From an uncultured virus (IMG/VR IMGVR_UViG_3300020171_002032) (Duplodnaviria > Heunggongvirae > Uroviricota > Caudoviricetes): DNA of 20,000 nt. A program made the translations under genes and the position numbers. The notes under the pieces are model-generated. The model saw only the letters and a list, made by a program, of their open reading frames with translations. It searched no databases and was not told the origin of the DNA. Below, one piece after another: positions 8,475-15,894 of the stretch (the first letter of the stretch is position 1; the number at the start of each line of letters is the position of its first letter). The stretch lies in IMG/VR virus record IMGVR_UViG_3300020171_002032. One strand, written 5' to 3'.

Positions 8475-9517
8475 ATGTGGGTCTTATAACGACGTGGGCG
8501 CAACGATGCGGAATAGCTAGTTACTCCGCTAACCTTGCAAACGCATTGGCAAAACAGGATGTAAATGTCTACATTATTCGGATACCGCGGTTCGGTTACA
8601 AAGATCCAGCAGTATTTCAGAACATAGTTGACTCAATACCGCTTGACAAGATAGATCTGATTAGCTGTCAACATGAATATGGCCTCTACTCTGGTCTTGA
8701 CAGAGGCTTATTTTCCAGTTTAAAGCGACTGGGCAAACCGTTAGTCACGACTTTACATGCAGTAGGCAACTATGACGTGGATAACCTTATCCTTGAAGCA
8801 AGTGATCGGGTCATTGTTCACAATGATTACTGTCACAAACGATTATGGTACAACAAGAAGGCGACTGTGATACCTCACGGAATGACTCCCATGCTGACTC
8901 CTCCACCACCGAAAGAAGAGTGCAAGAAACGTGTTGGGATTCAGCCGAATACGCAGATAGTAGGCTACCTTGGATTCATAAGCAGCTACAAGGGATTGGA
9001 AACGCTCATTGAAGCAATGACTAAAATTCCAAATGTCGGGTTACTTATTGGAGGAGGATGGTTCATAGAAGCAGAACCTCAATACATCGTGGACCTGAAA
9101 GAGAAGTCACTGAATAAACTGCCTAACCGAGTTCAGTGGCTAGGCTTCATTCCAGATGAAGACTTGAACATGGTATATGGGGCAATGGACATTATCGTGT
9201 ACCCATCAATCACAATGACAGAATCAGGTGCTCTTCTCACAGCGTTGAGTTACGGAAAAGCAGTGATCACACGGAATCTTCCGCCAACAAGAGAAAAAGC
9301 GAAACATGGAGCGTTAATGCTGTTCAATAATGCGGATGATTTAGCAAGGAAGATCAAACATTTGCTTAAAGACAATGATCATCGCCTCATCCTTGAGGAA
9401 GGAGCCAAAAAATACAGTCAAGAAAACAGTTGGGCCAACATTGCGCTTCGTCACATACAACTTTACCAAGAAGTTTTAAGTCTCAGAAGTGAAGGCGACT
9501 TACCAAAAACCCAATAA
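8465..9517 (+). CDS. GT4 family glycosyltransferase
   Basis: CGIASYS, QHEYGLY, VTTLH, VIVH, IPHG, GFISSYKGLETLIEA, DIIVYPS..ESGALLTALSYGKAVI, SW..IA..H..LY. Confidence 0.92.
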   Translation: MGLNVGLITTWAQRCGIASYSANLANALAKQDVNVYIIRIPRFGYKDPAVFQNIVDSIPLDKIDLISCQHEYGLYSGLDRGLFSSLKRLGKPLVTTLHAVGNYDVDNLILEASDRVIVHNDYCHKRLWYNKKATVIPHGMTPMLTPPPPKEECKKRVGIQPNTQIVGYLGFISSYKGLETLIEAMTKIPNVGLLIGGGWFIEAEPQYIVDLKEKSLNKLPNRVQWLGFIPDEDLNMVYGAMDIIVYPSITMTESGALLTALSYGKAVITRNLPPTREKAKHGALMLFNNADDLARKIKHLLKDNDHRLILEEGAKKYSQENSWANIALRHIQLYQEVLSLRSEGDLPKTQ

Positions 9518-9782
9518 GAGCTACCAATCCACCGCCAACGACTGTGCCTAATAGATTGCGCCAAAAATGTTTCTCTTCTTTCCTTTCTTCTTCCTTGTCA
9601 GATTTGAGACTTTGAACTTCCTTTTTCAGTTCGTCTGACTTGTCTATGGTAAGTTGTTTTGCCTCATCTACACTGTCCTTGATACTGTTGATCTGATCTA
9701 GACTTCTTTGAAACCGTTCATCACAGAAACCTCGGGTTACAACAGAATTCGATGAGCCACCGTTCTTTTTCTCTTTTGGCAA
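9483..9782 (-). CDS. Small coiled-coil protein with a C-terminal transmembrane helix
   Basis: Heptad-like region followed by FWRNLLGTVVGGGLVALIGFLV. Start most likely TTG 9782-9780 behind GGTGA; the ATG at 9806 lies too close to the TATA box. Confidence 0.72.
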   Translation of the reverse strand: MPKEKKNGGSSNSVVTRGFCDERFQRSLDQINSIKDSVDEAKQLTIDKSDELKKEVQSLKSDKEEERKEEKHFWRNLLGTVVGGGLVALIGFLVSRLHF

Positions 9783-9821
9783 CTCTTCACCACTCTTATA
9801 TACCATTGTAGAGTTTGAATC

Positions 9822-9837
9822 AATAAAAGGCTTTTGC
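9822..9837 (-). promoter_or_regulatory. Archaeal BRE+TATA promoter (GCAAAAGCCTTTTATT)
   Basis: Purine-rich BRE-like run followed by TTTTATT in an intergenic gap. Near-identical copy at 19963-19979. Confidence 0.62.
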
Positions 9838-9882
9838 TACATTGAAACACGGTTAATTTGTTTTAACAGCGTGTTTTGTTGC

Positions 9883-10332
9883 CTAGCCTTCAATTTGAGT
9901 ATATAATGTTCCATTGACACCAGCAGACTGTACGAAGAAGATGAAGTGTCTTCTGTGGAATCGCATGTACGTGTTTGCTGGAATCAAATGTTGAACTCTT
10001 GATGATCCACCAAATCGTACATAACAGGTTTGGTCGCTGAGGAAAAGAATGTCTTTTGCTTCGAAACTTGGGAATGCTAGAGGCCATTCGAAGTCTGGGA
10101 TTATGCCTGCAAGAATAAGAGTAGTTAACCATGCTGGTCTTGCTGGTTGTCCATGAGTGTGAAGTGTCCAACCATAGAGTATGTTGAAAACAGTAGGATC
10201 TGAAAAATAAGCCATCATTCCTGACAAATAGTAGTCTTGTGTTGCAGTGAATGGAAGAGCTATGTAATCATCTGCATCATAGTGACGTTTAAGTACTGTA
10301 TAGTTTAGACCGCCTGTAAGGTCTGTACTCAT
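9883..10332 (-). CDS. Hypothetical beta-strand-rich protein (possible virion component)
   Basis: 149 aa, ATGA overlap with the upstream gene, GGAG RBS. Alternating hydrophobic strands at the C-terminus (ILFLSDQTCYVRF, FIFFVQS..GTLYTQIEG). Function is inference. Confidence 0.7.
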   Translation of the reverse strand: MSTDLTGGLNYTVLKRHYDADDYIALPFTATQDYYLSGMMAYFSDPTVFNILYGWTLHTHGQPARPAWLTTLILAGIIPDFEWPLAFPSFEAKDILFLSDQTCYVRFGGSSRVQHLIPANTYMRFHRRHFIFFVQSAGVNGTLYTQIEG

Positions 10333-10904
10333 TTCGGAGTCTCCTTTTTGAAGTCGGCTGGACCGACTACCATCAATGCTGGGTCAATTTTCAATTCTGA
10401 GTTTGGATCTAGGAGTCTGCGAATGCTTTGGATGTAAAGAGGCTTATTGGTGACATTGATAGCTCTTCCTGTAACGGATATGTCAGCTTGACTCTGCGTA
10501 CTCTCTATTCCAAGTCTAAGTTTAACGACAACGGTAGGTACAAAGGGAAGAGGCGAACCCCAATACCCTGAACCGACTATGACTACATAGAGTCCTGCTG
10601 TTGAGGCAGGGTCAGGTCGAAAGTATCTTGAAACGTAGCCGACTGGATCTGGATTTAGAGCACCTCCAACGAAATAAGTTTCTGGAAGTGCTTCAACGGT
10701 TTCAGGTCTCAGCTCTGCGCCTTGCCCTTCGAGAAGAACGGTTCCATAAGCATCTGTTGTAGCCATCTCAATAGCCATCATCAGTCCAGTTTCGCTGACC
10801 CTGATAATCTCGACAGTTTCTCCTCTCTTGACTGTTCTAGTGCCAGTATAAAGCCTCCATTCCCAACCTTTCAAAATTGGATAAACAGAGTATTGACCAA
10901 GCAT
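10329..10904 (-). CDS. Hypothetical beta-strand-rich protein (possible virion component)
   Basis: 191 aa, TGATG overlap upstream with AGGAG RBS, rich in V/G/T/P. No recognisable family. Confidence 0.72.
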   Translation of the reverse strand: MLGQYSVYPILKGWEWRLYTGTRTVKRGETVEIIRVSETGLMMAIEMATTDAYGTVLLEGQGAELRPETVEALPETYFVGGALNPDPVGYVSRYFRPDPASTAGLYVVIVGSGYWGSPLPFVPTVVVKLRLGIESTQSQADISVTGRAINVTNKPLYIQSIRRLLDPNSELKIDPALMVVGPADFKKETPK

Positions 10905-11098
10905 CAGCTTTTTCTCCTAACTGGAACAAGAGTTCGAGCCTTCTGTTCCAAGTCTTTTTTAGCTTTCTCCATAAGTTCTGTAATCTTGTTTCTGGGGATA
11001 CCAAGAGACAAATGCAAACACCTAACATAGAGTAGTCTCTCAATCATTTTAAAGTTTGTCATTCTGACAGTCATTGGAAAAATTGATAAGTCAAGCAT
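10904..11098 (-). CDS. Small basic hypothetical protein (start uncertain)
   Basis: Its stop overlaps the ATG of the next gene (TGATG). Several alternative ATGs. Confidence 0.5.
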   Translation of the reverse strand: MLDLSIFPMTVRMTNFKMIERLLYVRCLHLSLGIPRNKITELMEKAKKDLEQKARTLVPVRRKS

Positions 11099-11111
11099 CC
11101 CTACTCTAAAA

Positions 11112-11630
11112 ATGGTTCATATGAGTCACCTTAGTTTTGAAGGACAAACGAAAGAGAGTTACTGTATTGAGTGCGCTGAGAAACATGGTCAACGCGGAAA
11201 CATCTTCATGCGTGAAGGTCTCCAAAGAGCCGAAGTGTGTGGCAATGGCAATTGTGAGGGAGTCATTGAAAAGGTTCGTGCGACTGCTGAAGAGTTGGGA
11301 GGTATAGAAGCAGACACAGAGAACGCTCAAAATGAAGATGTAAGGCGAATCAATTCTCACGCTAGAGAAATCCGCAAACACATGTTCGCTATTCGCGCTG
11401 AACTTGGGCAGGCAAGCATAGAGCAACTTCAAGAAATAGAGAGCATGGTTGGCGATTTGGTAAATGAGATCTATGAAGTACGCAAGAAAGTAGATTGTCC
11501 TACTTGCAAAATCAAACTGGAGGAAGAGCAACAGGAACCAGAAAAACCAAGTTTAGAGCAGTACGGAAAGACTGTCGCTCAACGTAGAAAGGAACTGCTT
11601 GATGAAATAAGGGCTGGTATGGGAAGCTGA
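11112..11630 (+). CDS. Hypothetical helical protein with CxxC motifs
   Basis: 172 aa acidic helical protein with YCIECAEKH, CGNGNC and CPTC. Confidence 0.75.
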   Translation: MVHMSHLSFEGQTKESYCIECAEKHGQRGNIFMREGLQRAEVCGNGNCEGVIEKVRATAEELGGIEADTENAQNEDVRRINSHAREIRKHMFAIRAELGQASIEQLQEIESMVGDLVNEIYEVRKKVDCPTCKIKLEEEQQEPEKPSLEQYGKTVAQRRKELLDEIRAGMGS

Positions 11631-11637
11631 ATTCGCT

Positions 11638-11772
11638 ATGACTTGCCCATGTAAAAATACCTGCTCTTTCTACAGACCCGACGACTACAAATGCAGTCAC
11701 GAACCATCTACGGATGATAAGTCCTCGCTCTACTGCAAGCACTATACCCAATTGACAGGCAAAAACAGTTAA
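11638..11772 (+). CDS. Small Cys-rich protein (44 aa), possible metal-binding
   Basis: MTCPCKNTCSFYRPDDYKCSHEPSTDDKSSLYCKHYTQLTGKNS starts 7 nt after the stop of 11112-11630 and fills the gap. Below the ORF-track cut-off. Confidence 0.6.
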   Translation: MTCPCKNTCSFYRPDDYKCSHEPSTDDKSSLYCKHYTQLTGKNS

Positions 11773-11798
11773 CTCTCCTTAACCGCAATCATGAATGT

Positions 11799-12194
11799 TT
11801 AGAAGACACAAAGTTGTTGGGTTTCTGCAAGTTTCTTTGAGATTTTCCAGTCGAACTTTGAGCAGTAGACACCATCTTCTTCAGGTTTTCCTAGGTCACA
11901 TTTGCTACATGTGTGTTGCTTCCAATACTGCTGGGGAAGATGCTTTCCATCTAGAAGTTTTTGCATAGTGTGTTCTTTCAGTTCGATGAGATTCATTTCA
12001 CCTTCGGCTTTTTCCGAATCAAACTGATCTGGGTGGATCTCTCCACTTAGAATAAGATTGTTGAATGCGTTCTTGAAATTTATATCATTGACTCCTTTGA
12101 AACCTGCTGAAAGAGCTAGATCGCGGAATACGTCGAAAGAGTTTGGGTTATCCGCGAGAGCTTTCAATATCCTTTCTTCAAACTGATTCTTCAA
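11799..12194 (-). CDS. Hypothetical protein: possible N-terminal wHTH and C-terminal Cys motif
   Basis: EERILKAL....DLALSAG...FKNAFNNLILSGEI is wHTH-like; C-terminal CSKC...C...C. Start reassigned to TTG 12194 behind AAGGA to reduce overlap with the Zn-finger gene. Confidence 0.6.
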   Translation of the reverse strand: MKNQFEERILKALADNPNSFDVFRDLALSAGFKGVNDINFKNAFNNLILSGEIHPDQFDSEKAEGEMNLIELKEHTMQKLLDGKHLPQQYWKQHTCSKCDLGKPEEDGVYCSKFDWKISKKLAETQQLCVF

Positions 12195-12330
12195 CAACGA
12201 TTCCTTTATACGGTTTATTCCAGTATGGACTGTGACATTTTGGACAGACATCAGGATCAGATTCTTTTCTTGGTATCCAAATGTGACCACATCGCAAACA
12301 CTTAAGATGAGGAAGCCTAATCTCAGTCAT
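12178..12330 (-). CDS. Small zinc-ribbon protein (50 aa)
   Basis: MTEIRLPHLKCLRCGHIWIPRKESDPDVCPKCHSPYWN with two CxxC. ATG 12330 lies ~30 nt below a TTTATATT TATA (12362-12355). Confidence 0.8.
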   Translation of the reverse strand: MTEIRLPHLKCLRCGHIWIPRKESDPDVCPKCHSPYWNKPYKGIVVEESV

Positions 12331-12335
12331 GATTG

Positions 12336-12362
12336 TATTGCTATAGATTATAGTAATATAAA
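12336..12362 (-). promoter_or_regulatory. TATA box overlapped by an imperfect palindrome (putative operator)
   Basis: TATTGCTATA-GAT-TATAGTAATA (12336-12358; 9/10 arms) overlaps the TATA at 12355-12362. Confidence 0.5.
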
Positions 12363-12621
12363 TCTTCCTAGATGAACACACTCAGAACTGGCTAGTACGG
12401 ACTAAACAGGCAAGACTATTAGTAAGGAAGCAAAAAACCCATAAAACTAAAGAGAAATAACGATTTTTGATGGATAAAAGACCATGCGAAGAACGACTGC
12501 AAAGAATCAGCCTAGTTCTAGACAACCTTTAATCAGAATCGTCCATGTCTATGGAAGAGGGCAATACTGTTATTAACCTAGAAATAGGACTTCTTATATA
12601 GAAAGCATTGGAGGTGAGTCA

Positions 12622-12837
12622 ATGGATTTGAAGAATTTGAAGCCTCTCTTTGTAGTGTTGCTTGCTGTCGGCATTATCTTCGGAACCTTCGTGAATTTCC
12701 AGAGCAATGTACCCTTCGGTTTCGCATGGTTTGTGAATATGCTGTGGTTTGTCATAGGCTTTCCGACACTGCTAATAATTGGATCTCTGATTTTCTCGGC
12801 AGCAGAGAAGGCCCAGAAGGTTATAGAGGAAGACTAA
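12622..12837 (+). CDS. Small membrane protein (2 TM helices)
   Basis: Strong GGAGGTGA RBS, upstream TTATATA, two hydrophobic segments. Confidence 0.82.
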   Translation: MDLKNLKPLFVVLLAVGIIFGTFVNFQSNVPFGFAWFVNMLWFVIGFPTLLIIGSLIFSAAEKAQKVIEED

Positions 12838-12948
12838 CAAAGTGTTCCTCAAAAATTTTTCACAACCACTTTTTATATTATAGTAGAGTTTATCTTTTTC
12901 AAATGCTTTTTAAACCTATATGTTGAATACTGTATTGGGTGATATACA

Positions 12949-13401
12949 ACGAAGCTTAATGTCTACACTGCGGCAGTCATTCTACTTGTAGTCTTCGCCG
13001 TGATCTCAGGAATCCAAGCATTTGTCTTGAAACCTATAGACGTTTCGGGCGCACCATCAGAAATCCAGTATCTATACCAAGGCTTGCTCTATGTCTTCTC
13101 AACATCGGCTGTTGCACCATTGTTCACTATGGTACGCAATCTCTATGGCTATCTTCAAAACTATTTCGAAGAAGATCCTGCGAAGAGAAGTCAACTACAA
13201 TTTGAAGCTGGAAAACTTACGGCAACATGGCTACAATACGATGCTTACATCAAAGGCGCGGCAATATTCATTGTGGCATTTACGACAGGTACGGCACTTG
13301 CTCCTTACGCATATTACATGGCTGGAACAGTCGCTTTTATTCTAGATCTAGTGAGAAAAGCCTTCAAAGATGCTGCATCACCAGCTCAACCTGTCACTTA
13401 G
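12949..13401 (+). CDS. Multi-pass membrane protein; probable non-canonical ACG start
   Basis: The frame extends 17 codons upstream of the GTG at 13000 to ACG 12949 (6 nt after GGTGA), giving (M)KLNVYTAAVILLVVFAVISG. In-frame TGA at 12940. Confidence 0.7.
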   Translation, partial: TKLNVYTAAVILLVVFAVISGIQAFVLKPIDVSGAPSEIQYLYQGLLYVFSTSAVAPLFTMVRNLYGYLQNYFEEDPAKRSQLQFEAGKLTATWLQYDAYIKGAAIFIVAFTTGTALAPYAYYMAGTVAFILDLVRKAFKDAASPAQPVT

Positions 13402-13421
13402 TTGACTGCCACAAGACATCC

Positions 13422-13436
13422 CTTTTTTCTTTTTCC
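13422..13436 (+). terminator. U-rich archaeal terminator-like tract
   Basis: CTTTTTTCTTTTTCC about 20 nt after the stop at 13401. Confidence 0.45.
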
Positions 13437-13481
13437 ATTATTCAATAGATTTTTAAAGTTCGGTATCTGTTAAAGGATATT

Positions 13482-13919
13482 ATGCGAACATTGAGTTTTC
13501 CGAAACTTCTTGCAACACTGCAAATGGCAACGGTTCAGATTCCTTTCAGAATCACATTAAGTAACCAAGATCCATTAATCGACCAGTTCAGCAAATATTT
13601 CGCAAAACAGAAACATTGGTGGAGTTCTCCAATAATTAAGATACCGTTGTTTGTTCGAGGAATAATCAGATTCTACGATATAGATCATGGATACTTGGAT
13701 CATGGAGATTTTGTGAATGTGCCTTTGACAGGACGCTTTTTTGGTTGGTGGCGTTGGACACGCATTGAATTGTATGGAACTCTTCCCAATATAGGTCGTT
13801 TCTGTTTTAGCGGTTGGGGAATATGTGAAATGGAAGTCTATGACGAAAGCAACACTACTATTCTGAAGGGAGAGGGAAAAGTAATAACGACACTGGTACG
13901 GAGTGGTATCACATGTTGA
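13482..13919 (+). CDS. Hypothetical protein (aromatic/beta-rich; start may be ATG 13524)
   Basis: 145-aa ORF behind AAGGA and a TTTTTAAA TATA-like box. No family recognised. Confidence 0.62.
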   Translation: MRTLSFPKLLATLQMATVQIPFRITLSNQDPLIDQFSKYFAKQKHWWSSPIIKIPLFVRGIIRFYDIDHGYLDHGDFVNVPLTGRFFGWWRWTRIELYGTLPNIGRFCFSGWGICEMEVYDESNTTILKGEGKVITTLVRSGITC

Positions 13920-14071
13920 ATGAGCCGAAAGAAGTTCGAGACGCAAAGAACAAGTTGGTCATGAACGATCAGGATGTCAAGGTATTAGCCGAATATGCTC
14001 GGCAACGGTTTTTTCCAGTACAAAAAATTAGACTGATTGATGGAAAGCGTCTGAAAACATTAGATGAATAA
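13913..14071 (+). CDS. Small hypothetical protein (52 aa)
   Basis: MLNEPKEVRDAKNKLVMNDQDVKVLAEYARQRFFPVQKIRLIDGKRLKTLDE. GGAGTGG RBS; overlaps the upstream stop by 7 nt. Below the ORF-track cut-off. Confidence 0.62.
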   Translation: MLNEPKEVRDAKNKLVMNDQDVKVLAEYARQRFFPVQKIRLIDGKRLKTLDE

Positions 14072-14115
14072 TTTTAAATCTTCATAGAGACATATGGAGA
14101 AGTCCTTTTCAGAGG

Positions 14116-14136
14116 TGTAACAGTTACATGGTTACA
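14116..14136. promoter_or_regulatory. Perfect palindrome TGTAAC-A-GTTACA plus an extra GTTACA half-site over the RBS/start codon (putative operator)
   Basis: 14116-14128 is a perfect inverted repeat between the GAGGTG RBS and ATG 14128. Third half-site at 14131-14136. Confidence 0.55.
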
Positions 14137-14997
14137 GTCGATTCCCTCAGAAAAAGAGTCTACGACGTATGGGTTCAAAATCCATATATTCAAGCTCTAG
14201 ATACATGTAAAAAATTAGGTCTGACCTATGTTGATCATGGTCAATACATCCGAAATCTCTTGAGTCAGTTTCGGTCTTATTACCAGTTTGGTTCACCCCA
14301 AAAAGCCCATAATTTTCCGAAGCATCGTGTTTTTGAGTGGGAGAAGGTGCCGCGTGAGTTGTTGCCTGGTGAGGGGGAGTTGGAGAAGCGTTTGACTGCG
14401 TGGGGTTGGAAGCGTGTTGTGAATAGGAATGATATGTGGAGTTTTCGGGATCCTTTTGGGCAGGGGTCGGTTCATTGGTATGTTGGTGGTCTTGTTCGGC
14501 TTTATTTGAGGGGTGAGTTGCAGTTTGCTAAGGGTAAGGAATTGTTTTGCAGGGCCTTTCGCTGGTTTGATGCTAATGATTTGCGGAAGTATCTTGATGT
14601 TCCGTTAGTGGAGAAGTATCGGAAATGGACGTTTGAGATGGGTCAGCCAGTTCCGAGGTTTGATATTAGGCAATTTGAGCGTAGTCATGGATTGACGATT
14701 TTTAGTGATGGTTCGGACCCTACGAGTATTCATGTAGGAGAATCGATACCTTTTTGGCTCGATGAACAACGAGAAGCTACTAAAGAATTGGGTGTTGTTG
14801 TTAGAGAATTCGGGTATGATATTAAGGAGCACTTGAAGTTGATCACTGGCGCTCAAGATTTTGTGAAAGAGGTGTATGAAGAGGCTAAGGAGTGGAGGCA
14901 GGAGAGGAAGATGTCGCAGTTAAAACAGATTAAGCGAATGGAAAAACATGTTGAAGCCTCTCAGAAGAGCATTCTTGATTGGGTTGGAAAGGGTTGA
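14128..14997 (+). CDS. Hypothetical protein, possible N-terminal HTH and C-terminal coiled coil
   Basis: 289 aa with GAGGTG RBS. LRKRVYDVWVQNP.IQALDTCKKLGL...YIRNLLSQFR is HTH-like; alpha/beta core; charged helical tail. Confidence 0.78.
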   Translation: MVTVDSLRKRVYDVWVQNPYIQALDTCKKLGLTYVDHGQYIRNLLSQFRSYYQFGSPQKAHNFPKHRVFEWEKVPRELLPGEGELEKRLTAWGWKRVVNRNDMWSFRDPFGQGSVHWYVGGLVRLYLRGELQFAKGKELFCRAFRWFDANDLRKYLDVPLVEKYRKWTFEMGQPVPRFDIRQFERSHGLTIFSDGSDPTSIHVGESIPFWLDEQREATKELGVVVREFGYDIKEHLKLITGAQDFVKEVYEEAKEWRQERKMSQLKQIKRMEKHVEASQKSILDWVGKG

Positions 14998-15060
14998 GGA
15001 GCCTCCTAGGGATACTAAATTGGGAGAAAGGAGAATGAAAATGCGCTTCTCCTCAACCCT
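14990..15060. repeat. 12-bp perfect inverted repeat (AGGGTTGAGGAG ... CTCCTCAACCCT) at the 3' end of the 289-aa gene
   Basis: Arms at 14990-15001 and 15049-15060, with a 47-nt spacer containing a further GAGAA/TTCTC pair. Confidence 0.7.
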
Positions 15061-15107
15061 AGATACTCTTTTATCTTCTAGTAGCCTAATGAAATTTGTG
15101 GTAATCT

Positions 15108-15326
15108 GTGTCTGAGAGACGAGAGCTGTGCAAGATCTTTCTTGAATCTATTAAGGATGAAGGGCCAGCTTCAATCAGTTACAGAAAGGTGGCTGAACGT
15201 CTCAAAGAAAATCCTGATCCTGAGATTCAAGTTTTGAGTATTCTTTTCGAGAAAATGTCTCAGGACGAACAGAGTCATAAAATGGCTCTCGATAAGGTAG
15301 CTAAACTCGTCTGCACAGTCAGATAG
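15108..15326 (+). CDS. Ferritin-like / rubrerythrin-like helical hairpin (half-ferritin)
   Basis: 72 aa: IKDEGPASISY ... FEKMSQDEQSHK follows the E..A...Y / DExxH diiron pattern of one helix pair. GTG start. Confidence 0.72.
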   Translation: MSERRELCKIFLESIKDEGPASISYRKVAERLKENPDPEIQVLSILFEKMSQDEQSHKMALDKVAKLVCTVR

Positions 15327-15328
15327 AA

Positions 15329-15655
15329 TTATAGGCTCAATGCGAGAAGGGCCGTTAAGGCTATTCCGAGTGCTGTGCTTGCTCCAAATGTTGGTTTTCC
15401 TATCCCAAAGGGGTTTGTTTGTGCGGCTTCGCCTACTATAAGGCCAGTTCCGAAGCCGTCGAGATATGGTTCGCCTTTCTTATAATACCTAGCAGCAATC
15501 AGACTTACTAGGCCCCACTGATAATGTTCTATGAATGATAAGGGACTTTGAGCTAATGCAAGCTTGTACTGGTTGCTTGTTGGCACGACCTGCCAAGCTA
15601 CTGATGCTACCATACTTGCTCCCAAACCAACGAGTATTTTCTTCGTTTCAAGCAT
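15329..15655 (-). CDS. Small multi-pass membrane protein
   Basis: 108 aa, Gly/Ala-rich hydrophobic segments, EHYQWG motif. Confidence 0.72.
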   Translation of the reverse strand: MLETKKILVGLGASMVASVAWQVVPTSNQYKLALAQSPLSFIEHYQWGLVSLIAARYYKKGEPYLDGFGTGLIVGEAAQTNPFGIGKPTFGASTALGIALTALLALSL

Positions 15656-15694
15656 AGGTTAATATTCTGAGAATTAGGTAATTAACCTTAGCAT

Positions 15695-15892
15695 ATGGAG
15701 GAAGTATTGATGGGTTCTGTTTGGCTTCCAGTAGCAGCGGCGGCGTGTGTGGGTAGCTCCTTCTTTCTATGGTATGCAATGACAGACTACGAGCGTGCTC
15801 GCTATTTTGGTATCATTGCTGGTATACCAGTGACGGTCTTCGCGGTCTACGGCTTGTTTACTTGGGGTCAGACGCAGAAATTGAAAAAATAG
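15695..15892 (+). CDS. Small membrane protein (2 TM helices)
   Basis: Two hydrophobic segments and a basic tail. Start could be the second Met (15710) behind GGAGG. Confidence 0.68.
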   Translation: MEEVLMGSVWLPVAAAACVGSSFFLWYAMTDYERARYFGIIAGIPVTVFAVYGLFTWGQTQKLKK

Positions 15893-15894
15893 CA

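Noticed and set aside
12363..12600. Possible ncRNA or pseudogene in the intergenic gap (AGAACTGGCT...AGCCTAGTTCT; short broken frames)
   Set aside because: Only one bulged long-range pairing and no convincing RBS-ORF. Explainable as divergent promoter space.
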